A stretch of 55,818 nt of DNA, counting the filler, from Sphacelaria rigidula (lineage: Eukaryota): NCBI GenBank assembly GCA_964200075.2. It is 3 parts of 3 records of this genome, joined end to end, with 100 filler letters (N's around TTAATTAATTAA, not from the genome) between each part and the next. Parts side by side here need not be neighbours in the genome. Positions count along the whole stretch, not along the records: positions 1 to 18,542 come from CAXNAA020000841.1; 2 more parts are not named here. One strand, 5' to 3'. Shown here in pieces: positions 1 through 11,379 of the stretch. The translations under genes and the position numbers were made by a program. The number at the start of each line of letters is the position of its first letter. Positions within the stretch are counted from its first letter, which is position 1. Below the pieces are notes generated by a model. The model did not search any database. It saw nothing but the letters and a program-made list of their open reading frames with translations, and had not been told where the DNA came from.

Positions 1-1406
1 GCCATCACCGCGTCTTCTTTCTTCTCTGTTGATCTCGGGCAGTCCCAGAACGTGTGCCCCTGCTGGCCGCACCTCCCGCAGTATCTCTTCGGGCAGTTCC
101 TGGCCCGATGCGTCGTGTTCTCGTCGCAAACGTGGCAGCGGAGCAGCTGCCCAGTCGCCGGTTTGCCGACCGACGATGCCGACCCAGAGCTACTCGAACT
201 CTGGCTCCCGTCGTTTTTCTGGCCAGAGCCCTGGGATTTTCCCGGTTTTCCCTTGCGTTCTGCACCGCTCGGTTTCCCGGTCCCACCCCCGGCAAGAAGA
301 GCCTGGTCGCCCGGGCATGACTTCTTTTCCAGGGCAAGTTCTTGTTTCAAAGATGTTGATTCGAAACGCTTTCGAATCGAAGTCAACACAACCTCCCGTG
401 TTAGCGGTCCCTCTCGATCCTCGAGCAATTGCTTCTGAATGTGATACTCGAAAGGCAACGCGTTGAGGAATTTCAGGAGAATATGGTTTTCGCTTAGTCG
501 TTCATGCTCCTCGTATGAGTTCAGGTTACGTACAAGTTCCTCTATCTCGAGCAGCTTCTGCTCTGGATCATCACGAACACCGATCTTCATTCCATCAAAC
601 TTTTCCAGCAAAGCGGTTCTCGCCCCATTTGTTTTGGGGCGAAAGACATCCCCGAGTTTTCTCCAAACCGCAGCAGGTGAGTGGGTTCTGAGCAAAATAT
701 CTTGCTCCCTCCTTTCTTCTAAACTAGCTACAAGCATTCGTCTGGCCCTTACGTTGGCTGCCACTGTGTCCTTCCCATGTCTTCTCTCTAGATACCCCAT
801 CGCTATCTCAGGATTGCCGACATCTACATCGTAAGAACGTTTGCCGGCCATGGTGAATACCCAGTCAATTCCTTTGCCCCTTGCGAAGTTAACCAGTTCG
901 TGCCTGTACCGAGCATAATCAGCGGTCTTCCCTGAAATTTTTAGGACGTTCTGTCGAAAAGCGGGAACCCCTGACACATTTCCACTTGTATCGTTAAGTT
1001 GGATTGACTCACGTGCGGAGACAAAGTCCCTGGCTTCGTCACTGGTGGCCTCGTTGTCCATTGCGTCGCGCGCTCCGTCCTCTGGAACAGCTTGGCTCCC
1101 GATCTACCGTCGCTCTCGTCGAATTCCAGCGCCACGCCGTTCCACTGTCCTATTTATGTTGAATTCCCCCCGTTCACTGTGGGAACGTTCACTATCGAGG
1201 ACGCCGTTGTTTTCTGCGCCCCCGGCCTCTCTTACTGTCCTCATGTTGTCAATGTTACTCTGTAATGTAGCTGGGCTTAGCTGCATATCATGGATGAGCT
1301 GAGCCAAGGAACTCATCTGAATACGTACCTCTCGCAACTCCTCTGTAACACCCTGCTCACCGATAACTGTAGCAGGCCTATCACCCTCTTGTGCCATTCT
1401 GTCCAA
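1..1406 (-). mobile_element. gag: Ty1/Copia-type gag ORF (runs off the window edge; one in-frame stop at 1104-1106)
   Basis: The minus frame of ORF 1104..1406 continues past a TAG and stays open to base 1. It reads ...SPAAVWRKLGMSFAPKTNGARTALLEKFDGMKIG...ILLKFLNALPFEYHIQKQLLE... (UBN2/Retrotran_gag_2-like), followed by two zinc knuckles, CHVCDENTTHRARNC and CGRCGQQGHTFWDC (39-80). Confidence 0.85.
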
Positions 1407-1697
1407 CCGGTTGTAACACTAGTGTATTCTATGGCCCGTGGCGAAGGGTACATAGTTTATCTTTTGTATTATTGGAGAGTGCCTAGACTGAGTCGACCCT
1501 ATGACTGAGGGATCATATGTTGAGAGTGAGGGCTCATGGCAGCTCGGTAGCTGCCATGAGCGGGATACTGTAGTCACACACACTCGACTACCAGTACCCG
1601 TACGTCCGCATCATTCTATCCGCACGTGTGCATGTTCACTCAGTGTACCTGTTCACATGAACAAGCTATTGCCATGGTGTTTGAAGGGACTGGCCTC

Positions 1698-2282
1698 GGG
1701 GTCTGTAACCTCTCGGGCACACATATCTCGGAGTAAAGCAACATTCGGACATGAATCTTTGATTTGCCGTGAAGGGATGGCAGTATGTTGGAACATTCAA
1801 GTCGATGTTCCGAATAGATTAACAGCAGTCGATCCGAGATACAAGTTGTATGGTTGATTGGCTTGCCGGGTGCGCATTGAATGCTCATGTGAACAGCAGA
1901 TAGTACTGTTGGAACCTTCTTTGAATTAAGGATCTTCGGCTTTTCGATTATGTGTCATGACTGGGCAGGGATATAATTCGGATGCAAGGTAGTTTCATGT
2001 AGCTGCGTTCAGAGCACTCTCTCTCGGATCCAGGAAATCATCAGCTTTAGCCGCCGTTGCTCTGAGTTTCAAGTGAGTCCTTACCAGTAAGCTTTATAGT
2101 CGCGGGGAACTATTAGTTCTGGTTCGTATGGTAACCTGCCAAGGGACAATTCAATTCCGTGAACACCTAGACTGGACTGCTTACTGTGGCTTTGATTTGC
2201 GTTGATTTGTTGATTTGTTGCTGCACGGCTGTGACTGTAACGGGCGCATACGACTCGAGCCTCTGTTCGTGAGAACATAACA
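1698..2282 (-). repeat. putative PBS and 5' LTR of the left-edge Copia element
   Basis: On the minus strand GGTTACAGACCCC (1698-1710) resembles the Copia GGTTATGGGCCC PBS. There is a CTATAAAG TATA-like box at 2092-2099 and a TGTT start near 2277-2282. No second LTR is in the window to confirm the boundaries. Confidence 0.3.
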
Positions 2283-2659
2283 AGACGAAGGTGTAGTTAG
2301 GCTGCCTTCTGGGAGGCGACTAGGCCTATTTACATAATAGAATTCCCAAAATAGTTTAACCCCATCGTCAAACTCTTGCACATTGCTTCTCTTATACAAA
2401 AATTAGTCCCAGTATACCAAAGTTCAAGTGCACCCAGAGAAAACAAATTGAAACTTACTGTGCATAGATAAGATACCTACCCCTAAATTTACAATGACGG
2501 AGATTACTCCGGTATAAAACGCCCCCCCTGATTCAAGATTACTTCTTCACTTGCTGGGAGCTATTACTTCCAAATACATGAAGTATCAATGGCCAAAGAA
2601 TCAATTTTCGCGAATACCCTGGTACGCTTGTTTTTTTTCGGGTTCCTTCTTTTTCTCAC

Positions 2660-3040
2660 AGCATGTTTCAGTTTCGTTTTTCCTGGGTACGTCTATCATG
2701 AGACCACGGTTGGACCCCTGGGGGATCAGTGAATGTGCGACAATCAATCAAATCAATCAATCAAATTCAGTCCCGCATATTGAACCGTGGGTGGATTTCA
2801 AATGTTCCGTGACATCTAGACGAAAAATCTTTTCACTTGCAAGCGTGTATTTTCGAGTACATCCAGGTCAAGGTCATTCTGCATTCCAAAAGTGTCTACC
2901 CAAAACCCAAAGCCGACGAATCAAATTGTCCAATATATTTGATTGATTGATTGATTGATTGCCGCATTTTAACTGACCCTCCACGGGTCCAGCCGTGGTC
3001 TCATGATAGACTTACCCAAGACAAACAAAACTGATATATC
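2660..3040. mobile_element. inverted-repeat (MITE/foldback) element with (ATCA)n/(GATT)n arms
   Basis: gtctatcatgagaccacggttggacccc...caatcaatca (about 2691-2765) is the reverse complement of gattgattgatt...gggtccagccgtggtctcatgatagac (about 2941-3010). Related single arms occur at about 33645-33715 and 55503-55580. Confidence 0.7.
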
Positions 3041-3699
3041 AAAGTCTCTCGGGAAACCCATAGCCGACGAATCAAAATGTCCAAAATTGGTCGGCGTAAA
3101 TAATGAAACATCAAATTTCCTCGTGTACTTTCTCTAAAATTATACAAGAGGGGGTCATGTTATCAAATCCCCCCCCCCCCATGATTTTTTTTCCTGACGA
3201 CAGTATGTTCAAAATTCCTGATAACATGTCAAAGATGAAAATTACAAATCACATCCAAACTACGGTGGTACTTTGTGTTGGAAATAAAAACCAAGAACAC
3301 ACAAAAAAAACAGTAAGAACTACAGTAGTACTTGGGGTGCAGCAAAACTCCGAAAAAAAAACATTCGAAAGTTTTTTTTCTTGCGGTGTCACGGCTTGGG
3401 CTTCGTCGTATGTGCACATTCGCCTGGGTTCGAAAGCAGTTGTCTCTCCGCAAGGATGGACTCGCAGCAACTGGGAGCAGATCACGCGTTCGACAGGGAA
3501 CGGTCACGAAAATAAGTCGCACACGCGGCCATTCAGCTACCTTGTAGAGAATATTCCAAACGTCATCCTCGGTTCCGTCCGTTTTGAAATCCTCGCTGGA
3601 GGATCTTGGGTATTCGCAATTCTCTAGAGGATTTTCAATGCTGGGGCCTTCGAAGGTCTGTGTCAATCTTAGAATCACCTCGATTGTTTTTGAAGGCAT

Positions 3700-4230
3700 A
3701 AGTGCTGTGGAAATCTGGAATTCGTACAGCCTCTGCTGTTCGAAATAAATCTCAATTTCAAATATTTCGGAATCAGGCAAAAATGATTTATTTCGAACAG
3801 TAGAGGCTCTCCAAATCCCATATACACTCGAAGATGAAATTCTTACACCAGAAGCTGTTCGAAATAAAGGCCCGTTTTGCCCGCCAATACCTGAAATTGG
3901 GCAAAAAATGAACATATATGCGAGCAGCTTCTGCTGTTTAAGTCCCACATACTGCACCGTATCAGATTTGAGAGGCAGCACAAGTTGTTGAAAACTCATC
4001 CTCTTGCCCTCTATTTCATATATGAAATGGGCAAGGAGATAGAATTCTTCAACAGCCTCGGTTGTATATGCAAATCCCACACACTGACTGCGAGTGTATG
4101 TCAAAACGGCTATGCTCCGAAGCATGAAGCGTTGGCTGTAGCTGAGGTGATGACGTACACCCGGAATATACCTCGCTTAGTTATATCCATACCTGATGAA
4201 GACCCCGTAGTCCCGTCTCAACCAAAACAA
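3700..4230. repeat. dispersed repeat, diverged copy also at about 35750-36290
   Basis: Shared motifs in the same order: gaaattgggcaaaaa, cc(a/g)catactgcaccgt, gttgaaa, ggaatatacctcgc. Confidence 0.55.
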
Positions 4231-7200
4231 CACACGAAATAATTTTTCGATTTAAAACGCGGAACATCTCATCGCGGTTGATACTGCACTTTGATGGTAA
4301 TGTATAATCACAACAATAAACCGTACTGCACTGTACAATACTATGCAGGACAGTATCATACCGTGCTTATACGTGCGGCGCCATATACTGCAGAATTAAC
4401 GCGGCATATGCGCCACGTATGGCTAAACAAAGTGGATTCCTGTAGCTTTGGATACATGAGGGTGTTTTATATACCGTCAGCTACCGCCGTATACATCACG
4501 GCGCGCATTCTTGCAGCATGCGCACATCTACAGCCAGTAGGACATGAAAGGGAAGCAGGCAAAGTATAGTACAGACAGCGCAGGACAACATATATGTTTT
4601 CTGCTTACCGTGCGACGTGAAAAGGACTTGAGCAGTGTGCGCAGCTTTGTCTGCCTGCACTGTCCATGAGTTTGCATGCAAGAAGCCGCCGGTTATTGCC
4701 CGCACCCTAACCCTCCGCAATCATGGAAGAAGATGCTCAAGTTTAACTTTCTAACAACAAGAAATGCATCATACCCAACTACCCCAGTGTGTATCTATAT
4801 CCCTTAGCCCAACTCGTGCTCGTTGCTACAGGGTTCTGGTGGTAGCTGGGAATAAGTGTTGTGGGGTTTGCATGGTTCAATCTGTGAACGGTGGGTAGTA
4901 TATATATATCTTGCGTGATGGTCCATACCCCAAAATCGCTGGGGATCAAAAGATGTGCCCTGAAAGCAGTTAGGACACAAGTGCACACGTGTAAATTTAC
5001 ACGCTGGAGGATACTGCACGGCTATGTCCTCCGGAGTCGCAACAAATGCCCTAGAGGCCACAGTCGGTCCCTCCTCGAAGAGGAACGATGATCATATTTT
5101 CCTCTGAGGTTCATATTTCCCTTTAAGGGACGTTCACAAAAACCACGTGCACCAGAGCATCATGTTTTTGGTACTCTGGAGGGATTCAGACCTCGGAAGT
5201 CACTGGAGCAACAGATGCTCTCTAGAGGATTCGTTTTATGACCGGAACTGAGTATGAAATACCCTCTAGAGAGTATGTTTATCCTCCGGAGGGTCACTTT
5301 ACCCTCGAAAAAATAAAAATCGCGACAGAGGATTTTCAAGGGGGTAGCGGAATGGCCGCGTGTGCATCTGTTGTACCAGTTCCAAAACCATATGATACAC
5401 TTGAAATATGTTTAAAATCGCGTCGGAACATTTCGATATACATCTCCAACGTGCAAATTTCCCCCCAATATACAGGTGTCGCCGAAACAATCCAAAAAAA
5501 TAATGCACACTACTACTTCACTTCTGCCTGGCTCACTCCTGGATGAAAACAATTCTGCTACATGTTCCCACGAACTATTGTCACACAAACACAACGCTTA
5601 CACTACTTGCATGCATCAATTCTCGTTCTCAGCATCGCCCGTTTTCTGCCCAACGTGCATCAGCGACGGGGGTGTATGGGGGTAAACCATGCACGCTTGC
5701 CACACTATAATCAAAAAGTGATCGTGCAGGGGGGGGGGTGAAGGGGAGTACGGTCGACAAACACGATGAAACAAAAATCAACAATCAAATTAACCCGCAA
5801 TGGAAGTGGTACCCACTACACGCCATGTAATTGACCGGCAGTACAGACACTATCAGATTGAGATCGTTTCCTACCGTACCGAGACAGCGATATTGCAGTG
5901 CATGATATATTATGCTACAGCGCAGCAGACTTCAATGCAGTACGGTACACTGCAGGTAGTAATCAGCCTGGAATACAGACTGCACATTGAGGTCACACCG
6001 TACCATAGGGTTTCAACTTAAGATCAGAAATCACGAAAACAATGATCATGCTTATGCCTGAAGCCACCATAATGATTGGCGGAAGGCGTCACAAATTCCA
6101 ACGATCAATGGTACAGTATTACGCTGCGCGATCGGCTACGAGACTCCGAGTCAGTTGCATTGCCTTCTGCAGCATACATGACTTGGCAATGTCGATGGCT
6201 GGTGTTTGCAGGGTAATGTTTCTTGTGTACTGATACTTGAACGCTCAATTGTGAGTAGCATTGCTGACGGTGCATAACATCCCCTACACACGTGGTACAA
6301 GATGAGGATACACAGGTCATACACACGTGGTATATCAATCAAAATGCATACTAGATAGTTCCACATGACGGGCAAGCAAAATAAAAGAGGGGAAAGTAAT
6401 TTGACGCAGAGAAAGACAAACTGACTACAAGCTTGGAACATGTGATGTCTTGCAGCACACCTCTGTCCGGCAAGTAAGGATTCCCGACACACAGAAAACA
6501 TTAAGGTGTGCATCAGGAAGAGTAGCGTCTCATGCGCAGCATTGGCGCTCAGTGATCACCACATGGCGGTATAGGACACTCCTACACGACGAAATACACG
6601 TATAAAATGACACAGGTATAGTGTAATTCAGGGCATCGCTCTACAGGGCAACACAGAGAAGTGCAATACAGTGCACGTCAGTGTAGTACAGTCGGCTAAC
6701 ATGTGACAGCTCAGCCCAAAAATAATATCGATGACGGTAGACAACATGCACTCCTTGACACAACCGAGAAAAAACAGGATCCTACATGGCAGGAAAAATG
6801 AAAACCAAAACAAAACCAAAAATAAGGTAGTAGGTCGTGGACAAAGCAAATTAAAACCACCTTTGTGCTCCATCTTAGTACAGAGCGATCGGGTTGTGGT
6901 GCTTTTGAATGAAAGTCAAAAATAGTATCATTCAAGTGATCTTGTGAAACTGATTGCAAACAAAAAAACTTCGTGGGAAAGAGAAAGTGAACGCATCCAA
7001 GAATACAGAGAAACGTTCTTGAATGATTGAAGAACGTACCTTTTGCCGGTTTTAGGCCCCGGTCCCCACCATGCTGCTTGCTGCTGCTGTTTTCCTCCGT
7101 CCGCAATCCCCAGCACTTTCCCCTGGTCAAAGGGGTGCTCCTCCGGCCTCTTCCAGGATCTAGGGGGGATATGTCGACGTTACAAACATAATGCTGTCCA

Positions 7201-8419
7201 TCCCGTCACCCTTGCTGTTGTCCCCGCGGTTGGTCTCATTTGCGCTGTTGCCGATGTAGCTCTCGCTATTGCTGATGTTGCTCTCGTTTGATGATCGCTG
7301 TGGTTGCTTTCGTGCTGCCGACGTGAATCTTGATCCATCGTGATGGCTTTCTGTTGGAAATGTTGCTTCAGGATTGTTGTCGCTCCCAGATTCGGCGTAC
7401 GCTTTCCCTGGCATTGTTCTTCTCTCACAGATTCTCTGTCACTCGGTGGTCGTTCGACCGCTTATCGTAGACGCTCCCAAAATACTGGTTCCTTCCCTAG
7501 CTTCACGAACTTTTCGTTTTCCCTTCGAAAGGGTTCTCATTGTTCCTGTGTCAACATGTCCACAAACATATTTCTGCTCTCGTTTCTTTCTTTTTCTCTC
7601 TCTCCCCGCTTCAACCTAGTTCGCTCTTCTTCAATGTGCATAGCCCATATTCTGTCAGATAGCCACATCTGGTACTCGAACTCCAACCGGTAGTACTCCA
7701 CTCGTCTTCCATCGGCTGAAAAACTGATTATTCTGTCATCGCACGAGTCCTTGACCCAGTCATGCTAGCATAACCGTATTTCACGTGCTCCAGGCACATC
7801 GTCAGGATAAGTAGGTGACAGTTCGAAGCCAGTGTAGACAAAGAGCCATGTATTATATTTTATTTCATTCTTCACACAAGATTCACACTACGCACTTTCT
7901 CACGTTAGCATACACACTAACTGACTAACCAAACAGGTGCGGCTGACATCATCGAATACCGTTACAATTGGAACCACATCTCGAATCCTGTCCGTTCCCT
8001 GGATCCATACTGCGAGATATCGTGTATGCCTTAATCCGGGCCATGGTGAAACCCCAATTAGCTAATTAACCCTTCTATCCGTAATTCCCCGAAATGACAT
8101 GGTTCCATCTCGATATCTATTTCACCTGCATTGAGGTATACGTCTCATGCCCGTATATACCGTCCTTGAGCGTGAGTATATTCGATCACCCCCTAGCCAA
8201 TTTGTTTTTTGTAATTAGCAACACGTCCGGAAACAATACGCTGCTCGGACGAATAAAACTTCGTACGGGTTGACTCCTCATGGATTTTGAATGCGAGTCA
8301 TGTACCAAAGAGTCATCCGATATGAATAACGGTTGGCAAAGTTGTGTGTACAGGGCCGTGCGACACGAATGAAAAATGTGAAACATGTACGGATCACATT
8401 TCATGTACTCCGTATAAAT

Positions 8420-8625
8420 CATTGGTGAGAAACACGCACGCTTGATTCATCTGGTATGAATCGAAGATGGGGAACATGTGCATATGATCCATACCGCATG
8501 AATGGAAATTGGTGAAAAATATGTACGCTTGATGCACCTCTTATGGATAGGAGGCGGAGAGCATGTACGTATGATTCATCCAGCATGAATGGAAGTTGGG
8601 GAACATGTTTCTATGATTCATCCCC
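8420..8625. repeat. degenerate tandem repeat, unit about 43 bp, about 5 copies
   Basis: Recurrent gga(g)catgt...tgat(t)catc...atgaat unit. It lies between short inverted motifs tcggacgaataaa (about 8245) and tttattcgtccga (about 8809). Confidence 0.45.
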
Positions 8626-9950
8626 TACCCATTGAAGGTGGGAAACGTGCACCTTCGACGGCGTGTCGCACGAATCACGAATTAGGAATTTGTACACTCC
8701 AAGTAGTGTCGCACGAATCACGAACCCAAAACATGTACGAATCACCACTTGTGTACAAATCTAATGACTGATCCGTACAAATAATGCTGAGTACAAGTCG
8801 AATCACGATTTATTCGTCCGACTCGTGAAATGATATTTTGGCCCAAACAAAGGGGGGAACGACGTGGGTGAGGGGGGGCTCTTAGTTCAAGCACCCACCT
8901 CTCTACCTTCGAGATCCCCTCAAGATATTTAGTATTGTCCACGAAGTACCTGATGAAAATTGAAGCCAAACTGCTGTCGCAAACCACGCCTATTCATAAA
9001 CAGAAGGATACTCGAGCGAATGTGTAGGATATAGTCTAGTAAAAGCCCGCTTGCTTTCTGAATCCGGGCACGATTCAGGCAGTGCTGACCCACTGTGAGG
9101 GTGTAATGCTGCACGCCACATTATCAAAATTCTCAGCTGTACGGTATGGACTGTTGTTCCATGCCGTTTTAAACAGATGACATGTTCATTGTTTTCATCA
9201 GCGACCACGTGTGACTGTACTGTCGTTGCGTCATTGCTCTCCACTGTCGCAGTCTGAACGGGTTCTTCGCCTGATCAGCTGCAATCAGGGTTTTCCTGTG
9301 TGCTCAAGCGAGAGGAGCAGATGACAGAGGCTGCTCAGCAGCAGCTCTCTTCTGTTGATTTGGATACCTCACTGGTCGTTTGAAACTGGTTTAATATGTC
9401 CTTGCCGCGAGAGCTTAGAAGGTACACCTTACCGTGTTCACTCACGGGTTGTAGGCGAAATGGCTGTTTCGATACGATGGTCGTGGGGAGGAGGTCAGGT
9501 TCCAAAAGACGTGCAAACTGAAGTTAACGTACACAGTGGAGGTCTGTTACTGCGTAGTCGCAGTACAACTGTGAACAATGTTGAGAGATGTGCAAATATT
9601 AACCGCGAGTGAGAGAAATCTGACTGACATGGTACCAAACGCGAAGCAAGATCGGCTAAAGTGCCGGGTTGCCCGGAACCACTCACAGGCCTACATAAAT
9701 AGGATGGAGGACCAGGTCACTCTACGATTATTTATGTGCGATATGTCGCTCCTGCAGCTGATGCGGAAGAAGCTTTCAGAGCGCTGCTCAGCCGCTTTTT
9801 GGCCAACGTGGAAATCTTCGTTTTTTACCCTAGAAGAGGAGTAGACGGGATTGTGGTGCAGGAACCGAAAGATACGATACCCCTCGCCATATCACGGAAC
9901 TTTGCCCGTATATTTAGATTATGCCACTGATATTCGAGATCTACAGCAGG

Positions 9951-10303
9951 GCCGGTCGCCCCAGTGGCTCAGTGGGTAACCTTGAAACCTTCTGACGGTT
10001 GGGTTGTGAATTCGAATCTCGGTGCAGTCATACGATCTGGGATTTTTTCTCATACAATGCCCAACAGTGGAGAACGACATGTCGTGGGTACACACAATTC
10101 GGCTTCATGGTCGACGAAGGAAAGGACTGCTGGACCTATCTAGCGATAAAAGTAGGGCAAGCACCGCAGAAGGCAGGTGGAGTACCAGAAGGAAATAAAA
10201 CATCTGTGCCGGCCTCCTCCTGTGTGACCCCGGCTGATACGCCCACATATACCAAAAGGCGTAGACTGGCGTCCAGAACAGATGGGATAACAACACACAC
10301 ACA
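9951..10303 (+). mobile_element. tRNA-derived SINE, copy 1
   Basis: Pol III A box TGGCTCAGTGG (9965-9975), B-box-like GAATTCGAATCTC (10008-10020), a unique body and an (AC)n tail. Homologous copies occur at 29044-29405 (-) and about 44533-44622 (-). Confidence 0.75.
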
Positions 10304-10837
10304 TGGCAACGTGACGTGGTAGTGCGGTAACGTGGTCGACAGGCTCCAGTTAATCGATGGCCAATCATGGTTACGTTGCGTTGTACTTACTGCTAGTGGT
10401 TTTTTCTCGAACGTCTTCTTGATTGTCTTTTCAGTCACTAACACCGCTGACCAGAGTTGAGTGGATAGTATGGTACGTAGACCCTCTATGCCACACCATG
10501 GACCATGCGTCTCTAGACCAGGAGGCACTTGATACCAGATGATTGTCCCACATTTGCTTCAATATGTTGAAATGTGGTAGTCTCGGTGGCTTTGTCTGGC
10601 GGTTGATGGCCACACAGTCGATCGTCGTCGGGGACTCCTAGTGTATTGACAACGAGTTGGGCCAGCCGTAAAACGTAGAAGCGCACATTACACAACAACT
10701 TCTGAAGTTTCCCGAATGAGCCCGGTTCAAGCATACCGCTATGAACTGCAGACCAACCTGGTCATGCACGCTTTGCCGCGAAACAAGGAAATAACGAAAA
10801 AATGTACTGCATAATATATGATCTTGACGACGGAACC

Positions 10838-10916
10838 AAAAAAAAGGATTCGTCGGGATTCGAACTCGTGACCTCCTCAACTGGAGTCTTTTGCATCACT
10901 TGGATTACAGGGGCGC
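10838..10916 (-). pseudogene. tRNA-like (possibly Trp-CCA-derived) pseudogene or SINE head
   Basis: The minus strand reads gcccctgtaatccaagtg...gaCTCCAGt...gaggtcacGAGTTCGAATCCCgacgaatcc followed by an oligo-T run. It has a B box, a CCA anticodon-like loop and a Pol III terminator, but the acceptor stem is degenerate. Confidence 0.45.
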
Positions 10917-11229
10917 AGCGGTGTCACATAAGAAGCGCCATGCTGGGTCCAATTCTGGGAGATTTTCGTCGAATGTTTACCTGCATCTTCAGCACGCGAG
11001 TGCGCCCAACATGTTCGGGGATGCCGCCGTTTTCCGTTTTTATCATGTAGGTATGACGATGTTCTAGCTTGTGCTGAAATTCCAAATCGCTATAACCTTC
11101 TGCGTTTTTTTGTTTTCTTGGCATCCCAAGAAATATTACGCGTGTTGATAATCAAGTTGTCGTCTCGAAATTTCAGCGCCTAACTCCTCAGTTTTAGCAC
11201 CGCCGGACGCGAGAACATTGATGAACCAA

Positions 11230-11301
11230 TGTCAACTGGCCCAGCTCGTGTGTCAACTGGCTCAGCTCGTGTGTCAACTGGCTCAGCTCGTGTGTCAACT
11301 G
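11230..11301 (+). repeat. 21-bp minisatellite TGTCAACTGGCTCAGCTCGTG x3.4
   Basis: Near-perfect copies start at 11230, 11251 and 11272, with a partial copy at 11293. Confidence 0.95.
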
Positions 11302-11379
11302 CTCCCAGTGGTTCTAAGCTATACTGACTTCAATGAGCAATGTGTCGTGCCGACTTTCCTGCCTGCTGATATACCGCAG

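Noticed and set aside
3229..4125. 298-aa minus-strand ORF
   Set aside because: It has no recognisable domain and overlaps a dispersed repeat whose other copy (about 35750-36290) does not preserve the ORF.
9951..10030. Functional tRNA gene
   Set aside because: The cloverleaf is degenerate and continues into a conserved multi-copy body and tail, so it is a SINE head.
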